Assembly (NCBI GenBank): GCA_951406725.2
Contig: OX597822.1
Location: forward strand, 63,736,001-63,800,000
Direction: 5' to 3'
DNA from: Octopus vulgaris
Lineage: Eukaryota
Length of the DNA: 64,000 bases
In this document: piece by piece, positions 38,051 through 50,582 of the stretch
How the letters are laid out: each line of letters opens with the position of its first letter
Position numbering within the stretch: the stretch's first letter is position 1
The notes under the pieces: generated by a model
The model's input: the letters and a program-made list of their open reading frames with translations, nothing else
Told to the model about the DNA's origin: nothing
The model's database searches: none
Translations under genes and position numbers: made by a program

Positions 38051-40404
38051 TTATTTCTCCTATTTTATCATTTTAATTTTTTCCAGTTTTTTTTTTTTTT
38101 TTCAATGAAATATCGGTTTCTGTACAATTCCAATTAAATCATATATAGAAGATTTTTCAATTATAGCAACTAAATGGTAAATAACGGGAAAATACTACTC
38201 ATGCGCGCACACACGAAAGTAAAATTAAAGATGAAATAAAATAAAAATAAAGAATATTAAAAAAAAATCAGCAAAAATTTTAATTTCATAACTCTTGTTC
38301 TTTATGTCATAAATATTTTTTCATAGTTCAAAGGATTAGCTGAATCAAGATTGAAAAATTGTTTTATACAAAAGAATTACTTTGACCTTGTTTCCAAAAT
38401 GATGTTATTTGTTATTTTTTTTGTTCATTACTTAAAGTTGTTCAAGAAATAAAATAAAAATAATGAAAGGATGATGAATTGGATGAAACAAAACAATATC
38501 CAGAAGATTCCATTGTCCGTATATTTATGTTGCCATTATAGTGAGGACAGTTAAAATTTTCTTAGAACTTCTAGAACAGAATGAAATGTGTTATACATGT
38601 ACAAAATTTTTAAATTAAATGTAAGGAGGTTCTATTATGAAGGAAGAATTTTAATTTAATTTAATTTAGGGTTAAAATGGAAGGAATACAAAAGCAGCAT
38701 CACCCCCTTATAAATATATAAAAAAACAAAAACAAAAAACAAAATAATAATGAAGAATTTTGGTTTAAACTGGAATCTCAAGATTCCAAATGTTCCCTAA
38801 AGAAACATCCAAAATGTCTTGAAATGATCATATCATCCTTTCTGTCAGTTTTTGTATTTTATTTATGTATATATTTATTATTGTTATTTTTGGTTTCATA
38901 TTTTCTTGGTTTCGAAATTGTCTTAAAGTATTTTCAGGTATATGTGTGCAAATGTTTGTGTGTGAGACACCAACTACAGTTAAATGCCCCTGCTTTAAAA
39001 AGAATTTTTTTTAGATACAAAATAAGAGGTTTCACAGGGTAGTTTAATGAAGAAGTCAATGGAGTTAGCTGGGTGACAAGTACTGATAAATCTTACCATA
39101 AAATAAATGTTACAAAAAAAAAAAAAAACTTTGATGGAGAAACTGAAGGTAGCATAAAGAAATTTATGGTAGACCAACAGAGCAAGATTTGGTGTTGAAA
39201 AAATAGAAGAATTTTTTTTGTAATGAAAATTTAGATAGATGTGATAAAATAGATCTCACACAGTTATGACAGCAGGTAGACAATGGAAAGGAAGATAGGA
39301 GAATAGAAGGGAGATATGAAATCAGGTGAAACCCCTGGTGTAGAACTGGGAGAAAAAGAAGATATTGTAAGTTCTATGAATACATAACAGGGATCGGCAA
39401 CACTAAGATTTTATATATATGTATATATATATATATATATACACATATATATAGTTACATAATAAACTGCACCTCACATACACACATACAATATTTTTGA
39501 CCTTTTCTTAGAACCAGTCCCAGTTTAGAAATTATTTCAAAATTATTTGTTTGTCTTTTTATATTAGAAACCACAAGAATATGGTATTAAAATAAAGCTG
39601 AAAGTATGTTGTTAATTACATATGGATTTGTGTATTTGGCTGAGGGGGAGTACGACTGGAGGAAGAGGTGGGAAAAGATGGCGAGGGATTCACAATTCAC
39701 TGATTTTAATATGAATGAGAATCATGAAGACACATTCATGAATTAAAAGAGTCATGTTAAGCTATGTCGTGATGTTTATGTGGTCGTAAACTAACTAAGA
39801 TGTATTCACAAACAAACGCATTTTCTTTTCAGACATTCAATATTTGGAAAAGATATATATATATATATAAAAAAGGAGGGGTGGAGAGGTGGGTGTAGAA
39901 ATAGAGAAAGGACTAAAATAAGGTTTGAATGACTTGATTAAAAAAAAAAAATTAAATAAAAAATAAAAAGCAAAAAACGAAACACACAGGAGTTGAAGAA
40001 ATACTGTTTATGGAAGTTATTTAAAAAAAAAAAAATGAAGAATTAAAATTAATTGTAAAGAGGCATATTGCATGATAAGAGTCACTTTTGTTCTCTCTTT
40101 ACTTCACAACTGTGTATTTGTATGTATGTATGTGTGTGTGTGTATGTATGGGTGTGAAACAAAGAAGTTGAGCTCATTAGTGTTAATTACAGCATCATAT
40201 TTGCCCAGTCTAAGAAAAAAAAAAAAAAAAGAACCTTGTATTTTATTATTTTTTTTCTTCTTTTAAATGTTTAGTCTTAGGGCTTTCACGTCCACAAAAA
40301 AATTTCCAGCACACTGAAATTTCCAATTCACAAAAGATTTTATATACACACACACACACACAGTTAAGCGTATGTGTATAAGTATGTATGTATGTGTTTG
40401 TGAG

Positions 40405-40437
<33 letters not shown>

Positions 40438-41265
40438 GTATATATATATATATATACAAATACATGTATAAGTGTATATATATACATACATATATATACA
40501 TATATATATACATATATATATATACATACATATATATACATATATATATACATACATACACACACACACATATACATGCACACAACACAGGCACATACTC
40601 TGTGTATAAAAGGGCATGTCAGCACATGTGTGTATGTGTGATATTTGTTTAAAATTTAAACAGTCAACAGGTTTTTGTTCCTTTTTTCTTCTTCTTCTTC
40701 TTCCTTTCTTTGAAATCTTCGATATTTCTCTTTATTTTCATTTTCTTAAATAAAAAGATGACAAAGAACAGGAGAGAGAGAGAGAGAGAGAGGGGGGAAG
40801 ATGGGGTTGATAGAAAGAGCGGGAATGAAAGAGGTGAGGAGAGAGAGAGAGCGAGAGAAGGAAAGGAAAGAAAGAAAGATGACTTCTTCAAGTCCGCACC
40901 TGAATTTTTCTCCAACCGTCTTTGAAAACTTTTTGGTGGAGATAAATTTGAAGGACATGCTCAGCCCAGCCCACAGCTCTGTTGAGTATCTGGCTAATTG
41001 ACAGCAATGAGGAAGAGGGGTGGAGGAAGGAAGAGAGAGAGGAAAAGAAAGGGTGATAGAATAAGAGGTGACAATGACAGAGTGGTGGTGGTGGTGGTGG
41101 AGCGGGATAGCTAGCCGACTTTATGTACAGATGAGGAAAGAAAGACTGCAATTAGCCAGTTGGGTCGTTTGTCCTGAACAGTGACTGGCAGAGCTTAGGG
41201 CAATGTGAGGGTTTAGTCCCCATCAGAATGTCCGCATGAAGGATGTGTCAGGCCTAATGAAGAGT

Positions 41266-41364
41266 TCAGCATTCGAATTCCTGTTGGGTTATGGCATTTA
41301 AATCTTTCATCAGGCCCTCCAAATTTGCCATCTCTGCTGTTAATTCCTCGGTACTTAAAGATTT
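41266..41364 (-). CDS. NEO1: Frazzled/DCC/neogenin (UNC-40) netrin receptor, terminal coding exon with P3 motif
   Basis: Acceptor ttctttcttctag, phase 0: KSLSTEELTAEMANLEGLMKDLNAITQQEFEC*; matches neogenin EMAHLEGLMKDLNAIT and Frazzled STEELNQEMANLEGLMKDLSAITANEFEC. Missing from the ORF track (<60 aa). Confidence 0.95.
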   Translation of the reverse strand, partial: KSLSTEELTAEMANLEGLMKDLNAITQQEFEC

Positions 41365-41583
41365 CTAGAAGAAAGAAATGAAAATAAAAATAAAAAAAAT
41401 TAATAAATTGGAAAAAATAACAGAAAAAATTAATTATTTTTAAAACAGAAATATGAATATGAATTTTACAAAGCTATCAATTTATTTTAATAACGAATCA
41501 ATTATGTAATTGAAAGAAAATCAAGCAAGAGAGACTGAAATGTGAAGTGTGATGATGAGCTAATTCTTGGTGTATATAGTATA

Positions 41584-41975
41584 GGCGCAGGATTGGTTGT
41601 GTGGTAAGTAGCTTGCTTACCAACCACATGGTACCGGGCTCAGTTCCACTGCGTGGCATCTTGGGCAAGTGTCTTCTGCTATAGCCTCGGGCCGACCAAA
41701 GCCTTGTGAATGGATTTGGTAAACGGAAACTGAAAGAAGCCTGGCATATGTGTGTGTGTGTGTGTATGTTTGTGTATCTGCGTCTGTCCTCCTAGCATTG
41801 CTTGACAACCAATGCTGGTGTGTTTATGTCCCCGTCACTTAGCGATTCGGCAAAAGAGACCGATAGAATAAGTACTAGGCTTACAACGAATAAGTCCCGG
41901 GGTCGATTTGCTCGACTAAAGGCGGTGCTCCAGCATGGCCGCAGTCAAATGACTGAAACAAGTAAAAGAATAGAG
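41584..41975 (+). mobile_element. SINE family A, full length
   Basis: GGCGCAGG head to AAGTAAAAGA tail. Confidence 0.9.
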
Positions 41976-42340
41976 ATGGAAATACTGAGATGTAAAAAGC
42001 AGCATAAATATTATTGTTTTTTGAATATGAATTGACTACTTGCCGACTCTTACCTAATCTGTCAATACATTTTTTTTTTAAGTGTGTATTTTTATTTTTG
42101 GTGTTGGCAGTTTTTATGCTTTATATTTCTCTGTATGGTTCAGAAAGGATGGTGTTTGGGTGTGCTGTTGCTGTGGCTACAGAATTTCTTTCGTCAAGCA
42201 GGAAAACCGAGGCATGTGGATTTATATGGCTTATCATGGAACTAATAACAATGGCTCTAAGCAAATTTCAAGCTCATGACTATAAGCTGTCATCCTAATT
42301 CCATGACAAACATGACTTATTGTTGTTCGATTATCTAGAC

Positions 42341-43027
42341 CAGGCCTGGCTAACTTGAATTACATTGTGGGGGCCACTTTAATCACAGAAAGTGCTTTGA
42401 GGGCCGTTTGTATACTGACAGAATTGAAAGCGTTTTACTTTCTCATGCCATTATTACAATAAGGAATGAATGACCGTTGATTCAACATGAAAGATTATCG
42501 TTGCAAAAACGATCTCATTCTCGCCCACAACATCATAAGCGGAAAGTGTAACCTCTCGAAAGAGCTGTTCTTCACTCCTGCTCCAGAGCGTCGGCTGCGG
42601 GGTCATTCCGAAAAGCTCTACCTGCGACGATTTCATCTCAATCGAAGGAGAGGAGCTTTCTCCGTCTGGGTTGCGGATCTGTGGAACAAGCTGCCAGACG
42701 AGATGGTGAAGATGCCGACGACCGCTTTGTTCAAAGCCTCCCTTGACCTCAAGTGGCCTGAACTCTTTACATGAACACCACCCTGTACTTAACTCCATGT
42801 CCCCCTACATGGCCTTGCTATTTGCTTTTGAGCCAAATTAACTAACTAACTAACTAACTAACTAAGTAGTATCTTTCCGTTTTACTTTTCATTACAATAT
42901 TTAATATTTGATAAAATTTTTAAAATGTTTGTTTAAATAAACCCATTTCAAGAAAGTATCAAGCAGGCCACAAGATAAAAGTCTGCGGGTCGCATGCGGC
43001 CTGTGAGCCTCAGGTTGGCCAGCCCTG
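42341..43027. mobile_element. hAT (Charlie-like) MITE hosting the LINE fragment
   Basis: TIRs CAGGCCTGGCTAAC / GTTGGCCAGCCCTG; flanks atctagac / gtctgaac resemble an 8-bp NTCTAGAN TSD. Confidence 0.65.
42510..42866 (+). mobile_element. CR1/L2-type LINE 3' end with (TAAC)n tail
   Basis: DLILAHNIISG...LRGHSEKL...RRGAFSVWVADLWNKLP...FKASLD, the CR1/L2 ORF2 C-terminus; uninterrupted frame. Confidence 0.85.
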
Positions 43028-44614
43028 GTCTGAACACTTTCTGTTGGCCTCATTGATGCTGATGATGATCTTTATTTGTGGGTCAGACCTGATTCACCAG
43101 ACCAGACCTAGCAGTGATTATCCTGTCTTTCTATAAATCAAGAACTATCAGATAGTAAGGTGTGATTTGAAGGATATTTCAATGCTGTTTTCAGTGGGTT
43201 GAGCAGCCCTACAGAGGCTCCTTTATTGGCTTGCCCTAGTTAAGATTTCAAGATGAAAGCTCTTTCTCTCAGGACACCAAATGTAAAGAAATACATTTTA
43301 CAGCCTCATTTGTTGTAAAAAGATAAAAACAGAACAGCCAGAGGATATGCGCATAAATTACAACTTTCCAGCCAGCCAAAAATATCAAATGGTCAGCATT
43401 TAAGAACCACCACCACAATTACTTTTGTGTGCTCTTCTATGCTGGCATGGAATGGAGAGACCAATCCAAATCAGATCATATTTGGAGTTACTGCCTAAAA
43501 GGACTGAGAACCATGTCTCACTCATATGCTGTGTGGTTTCTATGGCTACACATCCTCAATATTGTAAACCGCATTACAAAATGTACTGGATACATTCTAG
43601 TCTTTATCATTTAATGCCCATTTTCCATGCTGGTATGCACAGGATGGTTTGATGCAGAGCGGTGTCAGGCCCCAATGTCAGCTTAGGCATGGTTTCTACA
43701 GTTGGATGCCCTTCATAATGCTAGTCCTCTATCTCTAAGAAAGAACAGTTGACTATTAGAACTATGTGCTGATCCCAAAGCTCATTTGGTGTTCTATCAG
43801 CCTAGGTGTTCTTCCTTTGAGCTGTCTCATCAATTTGGGAAGGGGATAAGCTGTTCTTTGCCGAAAGCATAATTCCAAGTTCTGTGTGAACATCTGAGAC
43901 AAACAAAACTGATTTACAGAATTTATGCATTGTCCAACATTGTGATTGCACTTCTTTAGTTCCAGGTCAGCTTTCTATTAAGCAGAGCTATGATCAAAGA
44001 TGTTCCAGCCATGACCAGCTAGTGGAGAACTGCATCAACAAAAATCAGATTCTGATATCCAGAAATCTGAATAAATTTCACTGATGTGAAGGAGATTTGA
44101 AATCCTAACGATTCATGTATCTAAGGATTTATTCATATTACCCAGTATGTTCTTCCTTAAGACAACAGGGAAATTTGGTGAGTATTCTAGTATGTTATGA
44201 CCATGAAGAGGAACCATCTCTTTCTCTTATATATTAGTTGGAGTGGTGTCTTTGATTGTTGCTTTCACTATATTTCAGCCTTTTGTATGCTTCAGCCTTC
44301 TTCAAGTGTCTTGTATTTCACCTTAGTACCTTGCCTAGGATTGAACTCAGAACTTCTAGGTGACCGCGCTGCATTTACCTGGAGGTTGAGTTCAATTTCA
44401 AGCAAGGCACTACAGTGAATCACCAGACACCTGAAGAAAACTGGAGCAAACAAAAAGACAAAACACTGTGAAAGCAATGACCAAGATGAGGACACCACTT
44501 TAATTGATAAATAACATGAAATTTCTCATCTCAGAAATATAGAATTGTATTGTCTATTTCTCTTTCTAGAAAAGGCTATATGTTCTTGCAGGTTAAATAC
44601 TAAGATTAAGTATT

Positions 44615-44825
44615 TTAACCGTTATGATACCAACCCAGCTGAAACCGCCTCTGACAAATGTCTTGTTTTCAAAAGTTTAAAATCTTCCACCAAACCTTAG
44701 TCACAATTTATTTTCTGAACACTTGCTTAATAACTATGTTATTTTACTAAATTCTTTGTTATATTTAAGATTAATTGAAAGAAATGCTGAACATCTCAAC
44801 AAAAATATGGTAACAAAAGGGTTAA
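44615..44825 (-). mobile_element. Single copy of the same TTAA MITE
   Basis: TTAA both ends; homologous to the 13 kb and 56 kb units. Confidence 0.75.
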
Positions 44826-45491
44826 GGCCAGTCATTTTTTCTACTGAGGCATGGCTCAAACGGGAGTTGAGATTGGAAGATCATCTAAGATGAAAATTAT
44901 AAATTTACAAGTCGTATCATTGACAATTAATTAATACATTGAAAATTTTGTGCTTGTAAAGGGGTGTAAAAAAAGAAGAAAAAAATCAGGTCATAATTTG
45001 TAATAACCGTGTATGTATGTGTCTCTCTTGTGTGTAAAAAGCATTTAATATCTATCAACATTTTTAGGATATCCATTTTAAAGAAGAGACTTAGGAAATA
45101 TAACTATTCAAATTTCAGAATCAAAGCAATAATTACAAAACATTAAATAAAATTTATACAACACCATATATATATATATACATACACACACATTATATGT
45201 ACATACAGAGAGAAAGAGAGAGAGAGAGTGAGATAGAAAGAAAGAGAAGTGCAAAATATGCAAAATAATCTTACATAACAGACAACTAAATGACTTTAAT
45301 AAACACAACATCAACAATATTAAAATACATTAACTACAACATTACTAACATCAAGTACAATATCACTAACAACAACAACAAGCATGAACAACAATGCAAT
45401 ATAAACTGAAGAGAAGCTTTTTTTCTTTTTTGTATGATGGATTACTGCAGAAGTCATTAACGATACTGAAAAGCTGTAAGGTATTTTTAAC

Positions 45492-45940
45492 TGTCAGACC
45501 TAGTGAATGTTTGACAGACAATTTGAGACAGTCACATAATATCTGATAGACAATTTATGACTGTCACACAAATTGTCTGACAATCTGAGACTGTTGCATA
45601 ATGTCTGAGAGACAATTTGAGATAGTTGCAAAATGTCTGACCGACAATTTGAGACTGTTGCAAAATATCTGACAGACAATTTGAGACAATTGCAAATTGC
45701 CTGACAGACAATTTGAGACAGTTGCAAAATGTCTGACAGACAATATGAGACAGTTGCAAAATGTCCGACAGACAATTTGAGACAGTTGCAAAATGTCTGA
45801 CAGACAATTTGAGACAGTTGCAAAATGTCTGACAGACAATTTGAGACAGTTACAAAATGTCTGACAGACAATATGAGACAGTTGCATAATGTCTGACAGA
45901 CAATTTGTGACTGTCACTCAATGTCTGTCAAACACTGACT
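45492..45940. repeat. 32-bp minisatellite (~12 units) with inverted termini
   Basis: Unit GACAGACAATTTGAGACAGTTGCAAAATGTCT; ends TGTTTGACAGACA / TGTCTGTCAAACA. Confidence 0.85.
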
Positions 45941-46597
45941 TTATTTCATTCACCCATTGAGTAAAAATTCATTAATCAACTCCCAATTCTTCCCACCCCT
46001 TCACACACAAAAAAAGAGGGAAAAAAATATTAACAATCAAACGTTCCCTCATGTATGAGAAAGGAAGTTATACAAAGATATAGAGGGAGGGAGTTATAGA
46101 AAAAGAGGAGAGTTAAAGAAAGAAAAAGAGAGAGATAATAACAGAGGTGGTGAGGGGTTAAAGGGAGATGTAAAGAGAAAGAACAACTCAGGAATGATCA
46201 TTGATTTCTTTCTAAAGAAAATCATTTATCTAATACACACATAGATATATATATATATGTGTGTGTGTGTGTATATATATTGTAAAGATGTTGTTGATTG
46301 GGACTTTGCATTACTATAATTGTACCCATGCAACAGCCGTTCTCAGGATAGGAGATTGGTCTATCTCCAGTAATATTTCAAGTTAAACTGGTCTTGAAGG
46401 ATCGGTGAACTGAGGCAATGCAGAATGAAGAGCTCTGTCTAGAATTACAAAATGATAATTGTTTCAGAGATTTATAATAATATCTGAATTTACAGAGGTA
46501 AATAATCCATTCTTGTTGTGATATATATCAGATAGAATTAGTTTTGATGATTACATGGATAAAATGAGGCCTCTGTTGACAGGCAAGAGCTTGTGTA

Positions 46598-47118
46598 CAT
46601 GAGAGTGAGTCAAAAAGGTAATGCCATTTTGTTCAGGACAGGTATAATTACCAACACAAGAACATGTATCATACATCAAAATGAAGCTAGTCCTCTGTGG
46701 ATCACATCCCTAATTCAACATAGTCACCGTTTCTCTCAATAGCAATGTTCCACCTTCGAATGAGAATATGTATCCCTGCCTTGTAAAATTCTGTTGACTG
46801 TTCTTTGAACTACTTCTTCGTCACTGGACTATCATCATCACTTGACTATCATTTCTTCGGCCCCATGAAAGAGGGTTTGAGATGCAAACATTATTCCAGT
46901 GACGAGGAAATGAAAACTGTAGTGAAGAAGTGGCTTAAAGAACAGTCAACAGAATTTTATGGGGCAGGGATACATGCTCTCATCCGAAGGTGGAACGTTG
47001 CTATTGAGAGAAACACTGACTATGTTGAGAAGTAAGGATGATGTATGATACATGTTCCTGTGTTGGTATTTATATCTGTTCTAAACAAAATGGCATTACT
47101 TTTTGAGTTACCCTCGTA
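46598..47118. mobile_element. Palindromic mariner derivative built from two inverted 3' ends
   Basis: DYHFFGPMKEGLRCKHYSSDEEMKTVVKKWLKEQSTEFYGAGIHALIRRWNVAIERNTDYVEK* on +; its reverse complement at ~46600-46820; CGAGGG-type terminus with TA. Confidence 0.85.
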
Positions 47119-47562
47119 TATATATATGTTGATACCACTTGAACAATACAAAACCTTTACTTAAGTCCAATAACTTAGTAGATGTGTTTGAGATTGATAA
47201 AATAAGTAAATACATGACTTAAATTGTAAGTAATGGCATTGATATAATGAACTAAAATCTTTCAAGATGGTGTCTCAGTATAACTGCAAGACGAGCAAAC
47301 AATATCATTATAGTCATCATCACCATTTTAATATCCACTTTTCCATCCTTGTATGAGTCAGATGGAATTTGTTGTGGCAGATTTTCTGCACAGGGATGCC
47401 CTCACTGTCACTCACCTGTTTCCAAGCAAGGTAATATTTTCTCAAAGCCAGACGTTTTTCATGGAAGAATGGAAATGAACAAGCCTGCTTCTTTGAAGAT
47501 GATGGTGATACTTATATACGACCATCATGTGATGTCTAGAGAAGAATACATACAATCTTCCT

Positions 47563-47595
<33 letters not shown>

Positions 47596-47778
47596 GTGGA
47601 TATGTCGAGCTTCTAGGCTTCTCTCAGTTTCTGCCTACAAGATCCACTCACAAGACTTTGGTTGGCCTGGACCTATAGTATGAGACACCTAAGGTGCTGA
47701 GCAGTGAAGGTGAACCCAAGACCACATGCTTGAGAAGTTCATAACCACACAGCCACTCTTGTGCTGATACACACATGC

Positions 47779-47814
<36 letters not shown>

Positions 47815-48759
47815 ATGCACACACATGAATTGTGTTGTTATACCTGAATATTGAACAAATTTACTGGTACAACAGTATGCTGTGGACAAGGTGTTGAACA
47901 ACTCCCAGCAAAACAGCAGATAAGAACCACAAAGAGAGAAAGAGAGCTATAGATGACAGTAGAGTGCCAAATTTGTGAAATACATTTGTAGTTTGTCAGT
48001 TTATATATAGTTCTGACACCAAAAGAATTACTGGCTGTATATAAAAATCAAATATGTCAAAAAACAAAAAAAAAACAAAAAAAAAAAATACATACACACA
48101 GAGGTACAGCTGTGTGGTTTAAGAAGTTCATTTCATCCCAGTGTGTGAATCCTTGGCAAGTGTCTCCTACAAGAGTTTCAGGTTGAACAAAACTCAGTGG
48201 AAGTCCATCAGAAGGACCATTCTTGTTCTTGGATGATACATTTAATGCCATCACCCAGATAGCAATTAACCATAACAATTTGCCCTTGTGTACCATTAGA
48301 GACAACTCCAGTCCACTCAGCTGGCAAAAATGAGTAGTACTTGTATTCCAAAGGGCCAACCTTGCCACACTGTGTCATGCTGAGTCCCCCTGAGAATATG
48401 CATGTCTGTGGAGTGCTCAGCTACTTGCACCTTAATTTTGCAAGCAGGCTGTTTTGTTGATTGGACCCGCTTGAACCCTTGTTGTTGTGACTGATGGAAT
48501 GCCAGTGTGCCATATATATATGGTAGGTTGGTAGTACATTTGATATCTTGTTACTTATGGCTATATGTCTTAACATTCTGAGTTCAAATCCTGCTTAGAC
48601 TCACTTCGTTTTTCTCTTCTTCCATATTGATAAACTTAGCATCAGACAAAATCATGATGCTGTGGTTGGTATAAGAGATTGAAACCCTTGTATGGTGTGC
48701 CCCAGCACGGCCACAGTTCACTGATTGAAATCAGTAAAAAAATATAATAATAATAATAA

Positions 48760-48976
48760 CAATCCTTTATACTACAGGTACAAGGCCTGGAATTTGTGGG
48801 AGGAGGATAGTTGATTATATTGACCCCAGTGTTTTACTGGTACCTAATTTATTGACCCTGAAACAATGAAAGGCAAAGTTGATCTTTGTGGAATTTGAAC
48901 TCAGAATGTAAAGATGGACAAAATGCCACTAAGCATTTTGCCTGGTACACTAATGATTCTGCCAGCTTTCCGCTTC

Positions 48977-49010
<34 letters not shown>

Positions 49011-49378
49011 TTTTCAAATTTTGGCAGAGGGCCAGCAGTTTTATGGGAGGCGGAATTCAAAGTCAACCTCCAAGGAATTTGAACGCAGAACTTAAAGACA
49101 GATGAAATGCTCATATGCTAACAACTCTGCCAGCTCACCATGTTAATAATACTAATAACAATGGCTTCAATTTTTGGCACCATGCCAGCAATTTTGGGTA
49201 GGGATAAATTGATTACATCAACCCTGGTACTTGACTGGTACTTTATTTTATCGACCTTGAAAGGATGAAAGGAAAAGTTGGCCCTGGTGAAATTTGAACT
49301 CAGAATGTAAAAGACAGACGAAATGCCGTAAAGCATTTTGCTTGGCGTGCTCATGTTTCTGCCAGCTTGCAGCCTTAT
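48760..49378 (-). mobile_element. SINE family B, three tandem copies in (AAT)n
   Basis: Repeated GGAATTTGAACTCAGAA core. Confidence 0.8.
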
Positions 49379-50197
49379 TATTATTAATAATAATAATAAT
49401 AAATAAGAATCTGTTATAGCTGCCCTCCATTCATCACTTTTGTTTGTGTCTGTGTTAATATTTTTCCTGAAGACAATGTCATAGCTAAATGGTCTCATGT
49501 GAAGACTAGCGCAATAAAAATGTGTCTTGTAGAAAGGTGGCAGGGAAAAAGGGTTGGAGACAGGAAGAGCATTTGGCCATAGAATACTCTCTGAGTAGAT
49601 CTTGAGTAATCAATGCCAATATGGAAAAAAATGGACAGTAAAATGATGATGATGGTGATAATGATGATGAAGGCAATGATGAAGATGATGATTTCTAGAC
49701 ACTTCATCACTACTGGAGTTGTTCAAAATTAGTTAGGAGAAAAAAACAAAAAGAAAAAGAAAAACCAATTTACGACTCAGAAAAGGTGAAGGGTATTTCA
49801 AAGAATATCAAGGTAATGTTTGGAAGAAATGAAGCAAAGAAGAAAGAAATGAAGAATCAAGGAGACCTCCATATATATATATGCACACATATATATATAT
49901 ATATACATATATATATCAAATGCATTGTATAAAAAATGTAATGCTTTTAGAAGATGAACGACAGTGACTTTTGAAGTTTTGGTCCCTTATCCATTGTTGA
50001 GATGTCAGGTTGAAAACTTCAAAACCAATATCACCACTCTTGTAAAAGTATAATACAGTTTACTCTATAAAAAGTATTGAGCAGTTCTTCCTTTTTATGA
50101 TAAATTGTTTTTATCGTAACTTGACATATAAAAACAAGTATTCATATATATATATGTATATATATATCAAAATAAACAAGGGTATCCAGAGGTAATG

Positions 50198-50287
50198 CAG
50201 TACGATTGTTTCGTGCGACTCCATTTAATTGAACAATGCAATCATTTCATTACATCAATTTAAAATGTAGAGCTATCTTCAGCTGTA
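50198..50287 (-). ncRNA. Hammerhead-like motif, left arm of palindrome
   Basis: On -: cag-CTGAAGA...cGAAA-caatcg-TA-ctg; stem I cag/ctg; stem II base imperfect. Confidence 0.45.
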
Positions 50288-50490
50288 CAAAGACATATAA
50301 TTTAATTAAATTAGGATACATTAGTATAATTTTACCTAAAATCTCCAAGAGGATAAGGAGATAGACAAAGAACATGTCTTACCAATAACATCATAGTTAC
50401 AACAATGATGTTGTTGGTAAAACATGTTCTTGAAGATTTTAGGCAAAATTATACTAATGTGTCCTAATTTAATTAAATTCTATGTCTTTG

Positions 50491-50582
50491 TACAGCTGAA
50501 GATAGCTCTACATTTTAAATTGATGTAATGAAATGAGTACATTGTTCAATTAAATGGAGTTGCTTGAAACGACCGTACTGCA
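50491..50582 (+). ncRNA. Hammerhead-like motif, right arm of palindrome
   Basis: cag-CTGAAGA (50496-50502)...GAAA (50566-50569)-cgaccg-TA-ctg; stem I cag/ctg; stem II base imperfect. Confidence 0.45.

Noticed and set aside
40664-41151. ORFs downstream of the P3 exon
   Set aside because: Lie after the stop codon in 3' UTR (GA)n/(GGT)n sequence.
45500-45917. CRISPR-like 32-bp repeats and Cys-rich ORFs
   Set aside because: Head-to-tail repeats without unique spacers, no cas genes, eukaryotic intron.
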